Positions 50,477 through 63,774 of a DNA stretch of 64,000 nucleotides are shown piece after piece. Positions within the stretch are counted from its first letter, which is position 1. Each line of letters begins with the position of its first letter. Below the pieces are notes generated by a model. That model was not told the origin of the DNA. It did no database searches and saw only the letters and a program-made list of their open reading frames with translations. The stretch spans positions 124,001 through 188,000 of the forward strand of contig NW_024056012.1 of assembly GCF_902713615.1 (NCBI RefSeq). Direction: 5' to 3'. Made by a program: the position numbers and the translations under genes. Origin of the DNA: Scyliorhinus canicula. Taxonomy: Eukaryota.

Positions 50477-51876
50477 GATAGAAATTCACAACCCTGAGTA
50501 GACGTCACCCTCAAATCGAGGGACTGATTCATAGAATTTACAGTGCAGAAGGAGGCCATTGGGCCCATCGAGTCTGCTCTTGGAAAGAGCACCCGACCCA
50601 AGCCCACACCTCCACCCTATTCCAGTAACCCCACCCAACTCTCAGGGCAATTTTGGGTACTTAAGGGCAATTTAGCTTCACAGCTCCAGGGTCCCAGGTT
50701 CGATTCCCGGCTTGGGTCACTTGTTTGTGCGGAGTCTGCACATTCTCCCCGTGTGTGCGTAGGTTTCTCTGCGTGCTCCGGTTTCCTCCCACGTCCAAAG
50801 ATGTGCAGGTTAGGTGGATTGGCCATGCTATATTGCCCTTAGTGTTCAAATTTGCCCATAGTCCTGGGTTATGGGGATAGGGTGGAGGTGTGGGCTTGGG
50901 TAGGGTGCTCTTTCCAAGAGCCGGTGCAGAGTCGATGGGCCGAATGGCCTCCTTCTGCAATGTAAATTCTGTGAAATTATATGAAATACATGGGTTTCTG
51001 AAAAATCATTGCGACAGAAAAAATATTTTAGTGACTCTGGAACATGATTAGGACAGTAAAAATACTAATTTTGGGTCTCTGGAAAATCATGAGGACAGTA
51101 AAAAAGATTTTTGAACATTTCAGTGGATATAAAAATATTGAAACTGGGATAAAGGTTGATTGACTGACAGTCAATCACTGTCCTTTTTTAAAATAAATTT
51201 AGAGTGCCCAATTCATTTTTTCCAATTCAGGGACAATTCAGCATGTCCAATGGGCCTAACCTGCACATCTTTGCGTTGTGGGGATGCAGCATGGTGGTTT
51301 CGTGGGTTAGCCCTAATGCCTCACGGCGCGAAGGTCCCAGGTTCGATCCCGGCTCTGGGTCACTGTCTGTGTGGAGTTTGCATATTCTCCCCGTGTTTGC
51401 GTGGCTTTCGCCACCACAACCCAAAGATGTGCAAGGAAAGTGGTTGGCAAGGCTAAATTGCCCCTTAATTGGAAAAAAAAATTAATTGGTTACTCTAAAT
51501 TTATTTTTTTAAATCACTGGGTTGTGGCATGAAACCCACACAAACACGGGGAGAATGTGCAAACTTCGCACAGTCAGTGACCCAGAACTAGGTCCGAACC
51601 TGTGACCTCGGCGCTGTGAGACAGCAGTGCTAACCACTGCACCACCGTGCTGCCCTAGTCAAACACTGTCCTGGAAGGGAAGGAGTTCTTTTGCTTCCCA
51701 ATTGGCCGAGGAAGGCAGTGTGTCACAAGGATGGAAGTGTTGACCGATTAATGGCTGGAGGATGGCGGCAAGTCATGTGATCAAGCCTCCAGGAATACAT
51801 TTAATCAAAGTTGGCGAGGAGAGAATGTTGTGAATTTCTATCCGAAACTGGCAGTGTGGTTTCTGTAAATTTACAG

Positions 51877-52072
51877 GATACTGGAAGTGGAGGTTTAACA
51901 GACGGGAAACACAAACCAAATGTCACATCGCGATCTGACAGAGTCACTCGATTCATCAGAACCAGAATTTCAGCAGCATCTGGTTGTGGAAGGTAAAAGG
52001 TTTGTCTGTTCTGTCTGTGAGGGAAGATTTCAGGTCTCAGTGTGACTGGAAAAGCCCTGAGATTCACAAACC
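51877..52072 (+). pseudogene. Decayed zinc-finger exon or 5' UTR exon, paralogous to the ZNF coding exon start
   Basis: Acceptor TTTACAG at 51870-76; aligns with 55035-55150; reads EGKRFVCSVCEGRFQVSV*LEKP*DSH. Confidence 0.7.
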
Positions 52073-55000
52073 CTGGTTAGACCAAACCTGGAGAACTGTG
52101 TTCAGTTCTGGGCAACAAACCTGAGGAAGGATAGAATAGCCTCAGAGGGAGTGTAGCACAGATTTATCTGAGTGATATCTGAACACCCCCCCCCCCCACC
52201 CCCCCGGGGTTGGGTTAAATTAAAAGGTGAGATTACACAAAAATGTCAGAGTCAGCTGGCAGCACGGTGGCGCAGTGAGTAGCATTACTGCCTAACAGCG
52301 CCGAGGTTCCAGGTTTGATCCCGGCTCTGGGTCACTGTCCATGTGGAGTTTCCACATTGTTTGCATGGGTTTTGCCTCCAAAGCCCAAAGATGTGCAGGT
52401 TAGGTGGACTGACCATGCTAAATTGCCCTTTAATTGGAAAAAATGAATTCGGTACTCTAAATCTATTTTTAAAAATTATAAAAAACAAAAATGTCAGTCA
52501 TTATGGGCAGAGAAGGGCATTCGGTCCATTGAGTCCATGCTAGCTCTCTGGTCGGCCAGGTGGTTAGCACTGTTGCTTCACAGCACCAGGGACCCAGGTT
52601 TGATTCCTGGCTTGGGTCACTGTCTGCGGTCTGTGCACGTTCTCCCCGTGTGTGTTGTGGGATTTTCACAGTAACGTCATTGCAGTGTTAATGTAAGCTT
52701 ACATGTGACACTAATAAAGATTATTATTATCTGGAGCAATCCAGTCAGAGTCATTCTCCTGCTATGTCTCTGTATCTTCACAGGTTTATTTCTCTCAGGT
52801 TTCTATCCAATTTTTAAAAAAATAATTTATTGTGTCTATTTCCAAACACTGTCCTTGGCAGCAAGTTTAAGGTCATTGCCACTGGCTGTGTAAAAACATT
52901 CTTCCTCATACCTCCTGGACCATTTACATGCACAGATACGGAGCAACGTAGAAAATAGGAGCAGGAGGAGACCATTTGGCCCTTCGAGCCTGCTCCACCA
53001 TTCATTACGATAAGAGCTGATTAGGCTCAATAACCTAATCCCGCTTTCCCCCCATATCCTTTGATCCCCTTCACCCTCAGTGCTGTATCTAACTACTTCT
53101 TGAAGACATGCAATGTTTTGGCCTCAATTAGTTCCTGTGGCGACAAATTCCACAGGCTCCCCACTCTCTGGGTGAAGAAATGTCTCCTCATCTCTGTCCT
53201 AAATGGTCTACCCGGTATCATCAGACTGTGACCCCTATTTCTGGACACCACTATCGGGAACATCCTTCCTGAATCTACTCTGTCTCACCCTGTTTTTCTT
53301 TTAACATAAATTTAGAGTGACCAATTTTTTTTTTGCAATTAAGGTGCAGTTTTAACGTGGCCAATCTACCTACCCTGCACATCTTTGGATTTGTGGGGGT
53401 GAGACCCACACAAACACAGGGAGAATGTGCAAACTCCACAAAGACCGTGACCCGGATTGAACCCGGGTCCTCGGCGCCATGAGGCAGCAGTGCTAACCAC
53501 TGAGCCACCTTGCCACCCACTTTTTATAGGTTTCTATGAGATCCCCCCTCATTCTTCTGAACTCCAGCAAATACAATCCAAAACAATTCAACCTAACCTG
53601 CACATCTTTGAACTGTGGGAGGAAACCGGAGAACCCGGAGGAAACCCACACAAACACACGGAGAAAGTGCAAACTCCGCACAGTCAGGGGGAGAATTGAA
53701 CCCGGGACCCTGGTGCTGTGAGGCAGCAGTGCTAAGCACTATGCCACCCCCTGTCTTGCAACCCTCAAGAGAAAAAAAAATCCTTATCCCCATCTGAAAT
53801 GGGTGACCACTCACTTTGCAACAGTGACCCCCTTGTTCCAGATTCTCCCACAAGAGAAACATCCTCTCCACATCCACCCTGTCAAGACCCCTCAGGACCT
53901 CATATCGTTCAATCCAGGTTTTCCCAAAACTTTAAATCTGTGTCCCAGCTGCTTGTACGATCAGTGAATGGAAACAGAGTTTATTTGTCCACCCGATGGA
54001 AATCTGGTGTAATCTTGTGTCCCTGAACCAAATCTCCCCTGAACCTCCTTTGCTGGAACCATTCTGGTAAATCTCCTCTGCACCTTCTCCAAGAACCTTC
54101 CCATTCTTCCTGAAGAGTGGTGACCAGAGCTTTAGAAAGATTCATAGAATAGAATTAGAACTGTAGAATTCCTGCAGTGCAAAAGGGGGCCATTCGTCCC
54201 AACAAGTCTGCACCGATTCTCTGAAAGGGCACCCTGCCTAGGCCCACACCCCTACCCTGTCCCTGGAACCCCATAGCCCCATCTAACCTGCACATCCCTG
54301 GACACTGAGGGGCAATTTATCAAGGCCAATCCACCTAACGTTCCCTTCTTTGGACTGTTAGAGGAAACCTGAGCACCGGGTGGAAACCCACACAGACACG
54401 GAGAGAAAGTGCAAACTCCACACAGACAGTCACCAAGGCCAGAATTGAACCCGGGTCCCTGGCGCTGTGAGGCAGCAGTGCTAACTACCGTTCCACCAGA
54501 AGCATAGTTTTGGAATCAATCTTACTGTTTATGAAGCTCAAGATCGAATTTGCTTTGCCATCAACTCTCTTAATATGTCTTGTAGATGTACAAATTCCCT
54601 CTTCACCTCTTTCTCTCTCCTCCCAAAGAGGCCAGTTGCATTTTTGTGACAATTCTGCCGTTTTCATGGTCACTTTTTCCCAGAACCGACCCCACAAATG
54701 ACCAGATTCATTCAGTTCAATTTCACAACCTGCTTTTGTGTTTTTCTAAAATAAATTTAGATTATTCAATTCAGTTTTTCCAATTAAGGGGCAATTTAGA
54801 GTGGCCAGTCCACCTATCCTGCACATCTTTGGGTTGTGGGGGTGAAACCGACACAAACACGGGGAGAATGTGCAAACTCCACATGGACAGTGACCCGGGG
54901 CCAGGATCGAACCTGGGACCTTGGAGCCGTGAGGCAGCAGGGCTAACACACTGTGCCACCGTGCTGCCCGCCTTTGTGTTTTTCTGGGTTCTCTCTCACT

Positions 55001-55139
55001 CCCTATTTTCTGTTTTAAATCAGTTTCACAAGGTGTTCGAAGGGGAGGCTTTAAAGTCCAGAAACTCAAACCAAGCATCACATCAGGATCTGACAGAACC
55101 CTCAATTTATCATATCCTGAATATCAGCGGATTTTGAAC

Positions 55140-56261
55140 ATGGAAGGAAAAATCATCGTTCACAGTGGGGAGAAACCGTACACGTGTTGTGTGTGTGGAC
55201 GAGGATTTAGTCAATCATCAGGCCTCACAAGCCACAAATTCAGTCACACAGAGGAGAAACCATGGAAATGTGGGGACTGTGCGAAAGGATTCACTTACCC
55301 ATCCAACCTGGAAACTCATCGACGCAGTCACACTGGGGAGAGACCATTCACCTGTTCCAAGTGTGGGAAGGGATTCACTCAGTCATCCACCCTGCTGAGT
55401 CACCAGCGAGTTCACACTGATGAGAGACCGTTTCAATGTCCAGATTGCGGGAAGTGCTATAAACGTTCTGGGGAACTGATGTGCCATCAACGTGTTCACA
55501 CTGACGAGAAACCGTTTAGGTGCTCTGACTGCGGGACTGGGTTCAGACGATCAGCTGATCTCGCTGTACATCAGCGAAGTCACACTGGGGAGAGATCGTT
55601 CACCTGCTCCGAGTGTGGGAAGGGATTCACTCACTCAACCAACCTGCTGAGTCACCAGCGAATTCACACTGGGGAGAGACCATTCACCTGCTCCAAGTGT
55701 GGGAAGGGTTTCACTGAGTCATCCACACTGCGGAAACACCAGCGAGTTCACACTGGGGAGAGACCATTCACCTGCCCCAAGTGTGGGAAGGGATTCACTG
55801 AGTCATCCACACTGTGGAAACACCAGCGTGTTCACACTGGGGAGAGACCATTCACCTGCTTAGAGTGTGGGAAGGGATTCACTCAGTCATCCCACCTGCT
55901 GAGACACCAGATAATTCACACTGGGGAGAGGCCATTCACCTGCTCCGAGTGTGGAAAGGGATTCACTCAGTCATTCAACCTGGTGAGTCACCAGCGAGTT
56001 CATACTGGGGAGAGACCGTTCACCTGCTCCAAGTGTGGGAAGAGATTCAGTCACTCATACAACCTGCTGAGTCACCAGCGAGTTCACACTGGGGAGAGGC
56101 CATTCACCTGCTCCAATTGTGGGAAGGGTTTCGCCACTTCATCCCACCTGCTGAGACACCAGCGAGTTCATACTGGGGAGAGACCATTCACCTGCTCCGA
56201 GTGTGGGAAGAGATTTACTCAGTCATCCCACCTGCTGAGACACCAACGAAGCCACAAGTAA
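55140..56261 (+). CDS. C2H2 zinc-finger protein, 13 tandem fingers with TGE(R/K)P linkers; no KRAB/SCAN visible
   Basis: Open ORF; AACATGG Kozak context at 55140; frame stays open back to a likely acceptor at 55021-23; AATAAA at 56383-88. Confidence 0.92.
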   Translation: MEGKIIVHSGEKPYTCCVCGRGFSQSSGLTSHKFSHTEEKPWKCGDCAKGFTYPSNLETHRRSHTGERPFTCSKCGKGFTQSSTLLSHQRVHTDERPFQCPDCGKCYKRSGELMCHQRVHTDEKPFRCSDCGTGFRRSADLAVHQRSHTGERSFTCSECGKGFTHSTNLLSHQRIHTGERPFTCSKCGKGFTESSTLRKHQRVHTGERPFTCPKCGKGFTESSTLWKHQRVHTGERPFTCLECGKGFTQSSHLLRHQIIHTGERPFTCSECGKGFTQSFNLVSHQRVHTGERPFTCSKCGKRFSHSYNLLSHQRVHTGERPFTCSNCGKGFATSSHLLRHQRVHTGERPFTCSECGKRFTQSSHLLRHQRSHK

Positions 56262-58319
56262 CCACAATGATTGGATTTTGCTGTTACTCACATTCAGGAC
56301 TGAGCCATATTCATTTGGGTCTTTTTCTGCTGATAACAAATTCCAGCCCATTTACAGGGGCTAATATTCTGGCTAAAAATCAAATAAATTAGATTTGTGT
56401 TAAATACGCAGTGTGTTGAAACTTTATGATATCTCTGACACAAGTTAGTTTCTTTTGAAGTACTCTCGCTCTCCCCGTCTCTTCCATCCTCACCTCCAAC
56501 AAGAAGTGTGAGGAGCGTGTGGAGATTCTTTGTGACTGAGATTGAGTAAATCCGATCAGCTGCCTCTGCTGCTTCCCTCCCTTCCACGAGCCCACCAGAC
56601 CAAAATGTCTCTAAATTACATCCTTTCCCGAGCCCTGAACCCACATCTTTCTCTAGTTTCTCTCCCAACTTCTCTCTTGCCCTCTGAGAGCTCATCTTGT
56701 CCATGAGACCCAGCTCCTGGCCCATCGACCCTATTCCCACTGAGCTACTGATCAGCCAACTACCCTGTGTCCACGGATATTGTCAACATTTCTGTCTCTT
56801 CAGGTACTGTCCCTCGGAGAGAAGACAGACAATCCGGGAGCTTGGATGCAAGGGCGGCACGGTAGCACAGTGGGTAGCACCGTTGATTCACAGCACCTGG
56901 GACCCGGGTTCGATATCCGTCTTGGTCATTGTCTGTGCAGAGTCTGCAAGTTCTCCCCGTGTCTGCGTGGGTTTCTTTCGGGTGATCCGCTTTCCTCCCA
57001 CAGTCCAAAGATGTGCAGGTTAGGTGGTTTGACTGTGCTAAATTGCCCTGAGTGTCCAAAAAGATTAGGTGGGGTTGTGGGGATAGGGTGGAGGCATGGG
57101 CTTAAGTAGAATGCTCTTTCCCAGGGCTGGTACAGACTCAATGGACTGAATGGCCTCCTCCTGCACTGTAAATTCTCTGATTCTAAGAGGTGAGATTGTC
57201 CTTTCTGAGCTCCAGCCAGGTGATACTAAACACTCAGGCGGGAAAGACAAAAATCTACAACGTGTTTAAAACAGCTGATTTGTTTCACCAATATCCAGGA
57301 TGTCAAACTCCAGTCTCTTCGAGGTTATTTTCATCAGAAACAAACTCCAACGATCAGAGTAAAAACCTCAAAGCTCTGGTACAGATAGAGGCCATTTGGC
57401 CCATTGTGTGTGTGCTGGCTGCAGTGGAGCTATTCAGCTTAATGCTATTTTGCAGATCTCAGTCGATTGCCCTGTATGTCCCAGTCCTTCAATTGGATAT
57501 CCAAGAGATTTATTTGAAAGTGATCAGGATTTCTGCCTCTGTGACCCTATCGGACAGTGAGTTCTAGACTCCTACCACTGAAATGATTTCCCCCTTCCAC
57601 TCGCAATCCTCTGCTAATTACTTTAAATCTAAACCCCTTGGTTATTGATCTGTTAATGAAATAGATCCTTCTTATCCATTCTATCCGGGCCCCTCAGAAT
57701 GTTAAACACCTCAGTTAATCTCTCCTCAGCGTTCTCTGTTCCGCAGAAAACCACCTCGGCCTCTCCAATCTTTCCTCATTGTTAAAATTCTCTATTTGTG
57801 TCGACATGCTGGTCAATCTCCTCTGCATTCTCTTTGGGATGAACACATCCTTCCTGTAATGTGGTGACCAGAACTGTACTCAGTAATGCAGCTGTGGTTT
57901 AACTAGTGTTTTGGACAGCTCCAGTATAACCTCCCTGATCTTATAATAAACACAGAAAATGCTGGAAATACTCAGCAGCTCTGGCAGCATCTGTGGCGAG
58001 AGGGGTTTCAGGTCTTTCCTCCAATAGAAATTGCCGGGAATATTCCCTGCTCTAGTACTCTGTCCCCGTGAATAACAAAGAATCCTCTCTGCCTTTCCAA
58101 TCACCGTATCTACCTCTCCTGTCACCTTCAGGGATCTGTGAACATGCACTCTAATGCCCCTTTGTCCCTCTCACCTCACTATCATACCATTCATATTCTT
58201 TCCCTTTGCTGTGTTTTTCCACCACAAATGTATTTACTATCCCGCGCTTCTCTGGATTGACCTGTTTGCTACTTTTCTGGCCCACTGATCAGTCTGTTGA
58301 TGTCTTCCTGCAGTCATTA

Positions 58320-59820
58320 CAGCCTTGGTTCAAACATGGACAAAAGCGCTGAATGCCAGAGGTGAGGTGAGAGTGTCTGCCCTTGACATCAAGGCAGCAT
58401 TTGACCGAGTATGGCATCCAGGAGTCCCAGCTAATCTGGACTCACTGGGAATCAGGGGAAAACTCTCCGCTGGTTGGAGTCGTACCTGGCACAAAGAAAG
58501 ATGGTTGTGGTGATTGGAGGCCAACCATTTCAGCTCCAGGACATAGAACAGTACAGCACAGAACAGGCCCTTCAGCCCTCGATGTTGTGCCGAGAAATGA
58601 TCACCCTACTCAAACCCACGTATCCACCCTATACCCGTAACCCAACAACCCCACCCCCTCCTTAACCTTACTTTTTAGGACACTACGGGCAATTTAGCAT
58701 GGCCAATCCACCTAACCCGCACATCTTTGGACTGTGGGAGGAAACCGGAGCACCCAGAGGAAACCCACGCACACACGGGGAGGACGTGCAGACTCCGCAC
58801 AGACATCACTGCAGGCATTCCTCAAGGTAGTGTCTTCGGCCCAACCATCTTCAGCTGCATCGTCAATGACCTGCCTTCATCATAAGGTCAGAAGTGGGGA
58901 TGTTTGCGGATGACTGCACAGTGTTCAGAATCATTCGCCAACTCTCAGATAATGAAGCAGTCCATGTCCAAATGCAGTAAGACCTAGACAATATCCAGGC
59001 TTGGGCTGAGAAGTGGCAAGTTACATTCGTGCCACACAAGTGTCAGGCAATCACCATATCTTCCAAGAGAGGGTCTAACAATCGTCCCTTGACATTGAAT
59101 GATATTTACCATTGCTGAATTCCTCACAATCAACATCCTGGGGGGTGCCATTGATCAAAAAATTAACTGGATGAGCCATATTAATACCGTGGTTACCAGG
59201 AAAGGTCAAAGACTAGGAATCCTACGAAGGGTAACTCATCTCCTGAACCCCCCCTCCCCCCCCCCCCCCCCCTCTCAAAGCCTGTCCACCATCTGCAATG
59301 CACAAGTCAGGAGTATAATGGAATACTCTCCAGTTGCCTGGATGAGTGCAGCTCCAACAACACTCAAGAAGCTCAACAGCATCCAGGACAAAGCAGCCCG
59401 CTTGATTGCTCCCCCTTCCACAAACATTCAGACCATCTATCACCGACGAACAGTGGCAGCCGTGTGTACCGTCTACAAGATGCACTGCAGTAACTGACCA
59501 ATGTTCCTTATTCAGTACCTTCCAAACCCATGACCACCGCCATCTCGAAGGCCAAGAGCAGCAGATCACTGGGAACCCCACCAGCTGGAGGCTCCCCTCC
59601 AAGTCACTCACCACCCGACTGGGAAATATATCACCGTTCCTTCGCTGTCACTGGGATAAAATCCTGGAACTCTCTTCCTAACAGCACAGTGGGTGTACCT
59701 ACACCTGAAGGACTGCAGTGGTTCAAGAAGGAAACTCCCCACCATGTTCTGAAGGGCATCTAGGGATGGGCAATAAATGCTGGCCCAACCAGTGAAGTCC
59801 ACTTCCCATAAATGAATAAT
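58320..59820 (+). mobile_element. Decayed CR1-group LINE (RT to 3' end) with a nested SINE at about 58546-58803(-)
   Basis: ALDIKAAFDRVWH motif; CCTCAAGGTAGTGTCTTCGGCCCA resumes after the SINE; multiple stops and frameshifts. Confidence 0.85.
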
Positions 59821-60709
59821 AAAAGTCTGCAGCTTTCTTTCTCACTGCCAAAAAGAGGACCGTAAATAACTTAATCCTGTCCCCATGTTAAAGTCTAAAG
59901 CATTGATATAGAACTCAAGAAGCATGGAATCATGTCCTGGGAAATCTAGAATCCCACTGGAAATACTCCACCAATCACAAACATACCTCTCGACCAATGC
60001 CCTTTGCTTCCTGCTGCTCCAGCTGATGTCACTTCCTGCACTTGTGATTGTTCTGGACATGAGAAGTATCCTGGTTTTCCCACGTGGAGCAGGACTGGAA
60101 TCCCCAGCCAGGTCTTTAATTATTTGATTATTTGACTTAAGCAAAATAAATTTAAGATTAAAATAAATAAAGATTCATCAGCTTCTCACCAATCAGTTTC
60201 TTCCATTGAGCTGAAGTCACCTTTTATCCGGAATTAACTGAAAATGTTTTGATAATTGTTTTTTAAAAATAAATTTAAAGTATCCATTTCTTTTTTTTTT
60301 AATTAAGGGACAATTTAGCATGACCAATTCACCGACCCTGCTCATCTTTGGGTTGTAGGGGTAAGACACACGCAAACACAGGGAGAATGTGCAAACTCCA
60401 CTCGGACAGTGATCCAGGGCCGGGAACGAAACCAGGTCCTCAGCGCCTTCAGGCAGCAGTGCTAACCAGTGTGCCACCATGCCACCTGTTTTTGTTAACT
60501 GTTAATATCTAAACCTCTCAAATGATTAATTGACTAAAAATTCAGACGTCTTTACTCTTACAATGCCAACTTCATCTTTATTCCCTGGATTTGATTAACG
60601 GACCGCAAACTGTAATTCTATGAACGATGATCAGATTATTTCAGTTTTGTGATAATTAATGAATCGTCTCACTTTATAATTGATGAATGCAGTGACCAGG
60701 ATGTGCTCT

Positions 60710-63222
60710 CCACAGGGCTGGGATAGCCTGTCATTGCCACAGGACTGGGATGCCCTGTCATTGCCACAGGACTGGGATGCCCTGTCATTGCCAAGGGACT
60801 GGGATGGCCTGTCATTGCCACAGGACTGGGATGGCCTGTCATTGCCACAGGACTGGGATGCCCTGTCATTGCCACAGGACTGGGATGGCCTGTCATTGCC
60901 ACAGGACTGGGATGGCCTGTCATTGCCACAGGACTGGGATGCCCTGTCATTGCCACAGGACTGGGATGCCCTGTCATTGCCACAGGACTGGGATGGCCTG
61001 TCATTGCCACAGGACTGGGATGCCCAGTCATTGCCACAGGACTGGGATGGCCTGTCATTGCCACAGGACTGGGATGCCCTGTCATTGCCACAGGACTGGG
61101 ATGCCCTGTCATTGCCAAGGGACTGGGATGGCCTGTCATTGCCAAGGGACTGGGATGGCATGTCATTGCCACAGGACTGGGATGCCCTGTCATTGCCAAG
61201 GGACTGGGATGGCCTGTCATTGCCACAGGACTGGGAGGCCCTGTCACTGCCACAGGACTGGGATGCCCTGTCATTGCCACAGGACTGGGATGGCCTGTCA
61301 TTGCCACAGGACTGGGATGCCCTGTCATTGCCAAGGGACTGGGATGCCCTGTCATTGCCACGGGACTGGGATGGCCTGTCATTGCCACAGGACTGGGATG
61401 GCCTGTCATTGCCACAGGACTGGGATGCCCTGTCATTGCCAAGGGACTGGGATGGTCTGTCATTGCCACAGGACTGGGATGGCCTGTCATTGCCACAGGA
61501 CTGGGAGGCCCTGTCACTGCCACAGGACTGGGATGCCCTGTCATTGCCACAGGACTGGGATGGCCTGTCATTGCCACAGGACTGGGATGCCCTGTCATTG
61601 CCAAGGGACTGGGATGCCCTGTCATTGCCAAGGGACTGGGATGGCCTGTCATTGCCACAGGACTGGGATGGCCTGTCATTGCCACAGGACTGGGATGCCC
61701 TGTCATTGCCAAGGGACTGGGATGGTCTGTCATTGCCACAGGACTGGGATGGCCTGTCACTGCCACAGGACTGGGATGCCCTGTCATTGCCACAGGACTG
61801 GGATGCCCTGTCATTGGCACAGGACTGGGATGCCCTGTCATTGCCACAGGACTGGGATGGCCTGTCATTGCCACAGGACTGGGATGCCCTGTCATTGCCA
61901 CAGGACTGGGATGCCCTGTCATTGCCACAGGACTGGGATGGCCTGTCATTGGCACAGGACTGGGATGCCCTGTCATTGCCACAGGACTGGGATGCCCTGT
62001 CATTGCCACAGGACTGGGATGCCCTGTCATTGCCACAGGACTGGGATGGCCTGTCATTGCCAAGGGACTGGGATGGCCTGTCATTGCCAAGGGACTGGGA
62101 TGGCCTGTCATTGCCAAGGGACTGGGATAGCCTGTCATTGCCAAGGGACTGGGATGGCCTGTCATTGCCAAGGGACTGGGATGCCCTGTCATTGCCAAGG
62201 GACTGGGATGCCCTGTCATTGCCGCAGGACTGGGATGGCCTGTCATTGCCGCAGGACTGGGATGGCCTGTCATTGCCACAGGACTGGGATGGTCTGTCAT
62301 TGCCACAGGACTGGGATGCCCTGTCATTGCCAAGGGACTGGGATGGCCTGTCATTGCCAAGGGACTGGGATGGCCTGTCATTGCCACAGGACTGGGATGC
62401 CCTGTCATTGCCACAGGACTGGGATGTCCTGTCATTGCCACAGGACTGGGATGGCCCGTCATTGCCACAGGGCTGGGATGGCCCGTCATTGCCACAGGGC
62501 TGGGATGGTCTGTCATTGCCACAGGACTGGGATGCCCTGTCATTGCCACAGGACTGGGATGGCCTGTCATTGCCACAGGACTGGGATGCCCTGTCATTGC
62601 CACAGGACTGGGATGGTCTGTCATTGCCACAGGACTGGGATGCCCTGTCATTGCCACAGGACTGGGATGCCCTGTCATTGCCAAGGGACTGGGATGGCCT
62701 GTCATTGCCACAGGACTGGGATGCCCTGTCATTGCCATAGGACTGGGATGCCCTGTCATTGCCACAGGACTGGGATGGCCTGTCATTGCCACAGGACTGG
62801 GATGGCCTGTCATTGCCGCAGTACTGGGATGGCCTGTCATTGCCAAGGGACTGGGATGCCCTGTCATTGCCAAGAGACTGGGATGGCCTGTCATTGCCAC
62901 AGGACTGGGATGGCCTGTCATTGCCACAGGACTGGAATGCCCTGTCATTGCCACAGGGCTGGGATGCCCTGTCATTGCCACAGGACTGGGATGGCCTGTC
63001 ATTGCCACAGGACTGGGATGGTCTGTCATTGCCACAGGACTGGGATGGTCTGTCATTGCCACAGGACTGGGATGGCCTGTCATTGCCACAGGACTGGGAT
63101 GCCCTGTCATTGCCACAGGACTGGGATGCCCTGTCATTGCCACAGGACTGGGATGCCCAGTCATTGCCACAGGACTGGGATGCCCTGTCATTGCCACAGG
63201 ACTGAGATGCCCTGTCATTGCC
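60710..63222. repeat. 27-bp minisatellite, about 93 copies (CCACAGGACTGGGATGCCCTGTCATTG)
   Basis: Constant 27-nt period; variants GCC/GGC and CACAG/CAAGG. Confidence 0.97.
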
Positions 63223-63774
63223 TTTATTTATTCCATTATTCACTGACTGAAGCAACAATAAACTGGAGGTTAAAATAAATAAAGATTCATCAACCACTCA
63301 CCAATCAGGTCGATCCATTTGCCTGAAGTCACGTTATTTTTATCAGGAATTAACTGAAATGATTTTCTTCAATCTTATTACCTAAACAGATTGGATTTTA
63401 ACTTACTGAAGAATTCAGACTTTTTCACTGCTCCAATCACTTGTCATTCAGTTGCAACTTTATCCTCTTGATTTGATCAACAGAACACTAACTGCAATTA
63501 TATAAATAATCAAATTGATTCAGGTTTATACTAATTAATGAATCATGACTTATAGTTCATTAATGCAGTGACCAGAATGCTTCTTGCATAATCTCCTTGC
63601 TCTTATATTCCAGGCCTCATCCAAGAAAGGATTCTTGGCTGCCTGATCAATCTATCCAGCTACCTGTGGATAGGGACTCCAATGCCTCTCTGTTGCTCTA
63701 TGTTCTCAGTATCATTCTATTCATAGTTCATTCCCTTGTCTTGTTTTCACTCTGAAATTCATTATCTCTCAATG

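Larger units (their letters stand above)
49035..54970. mobile_element. Dense cluster of HE1-like SINEs in both orientations plus CR1 tails
   Basis: Copies at about 49035-49385(+), 49440-49675(+), 50525-50970(-/+), 51185-51655(- with nested +), 52255-52480(+), 52550-52740(+), 53300-53515(-), 53585-53745(-), 54160-54490(-), 54750-54970(-). Confidence 0.85.

Noticed and set aside
49014-54959. Many short ORFs with CAESAHSPRVCVGF or MCRLGGLAMLNCPL
   Set aside because: These are translations of SINE copies, not genes.
60631-63297. Very long ORFs on both strands (888, 849, 842 and 686 aa; Cys/His-rich nonapeptide repeats)
   Set aside because: They result from a 27-bp (multiple of 3) unit that lacks stops in most frames; no unique N- or C-terminal domain or splice context.
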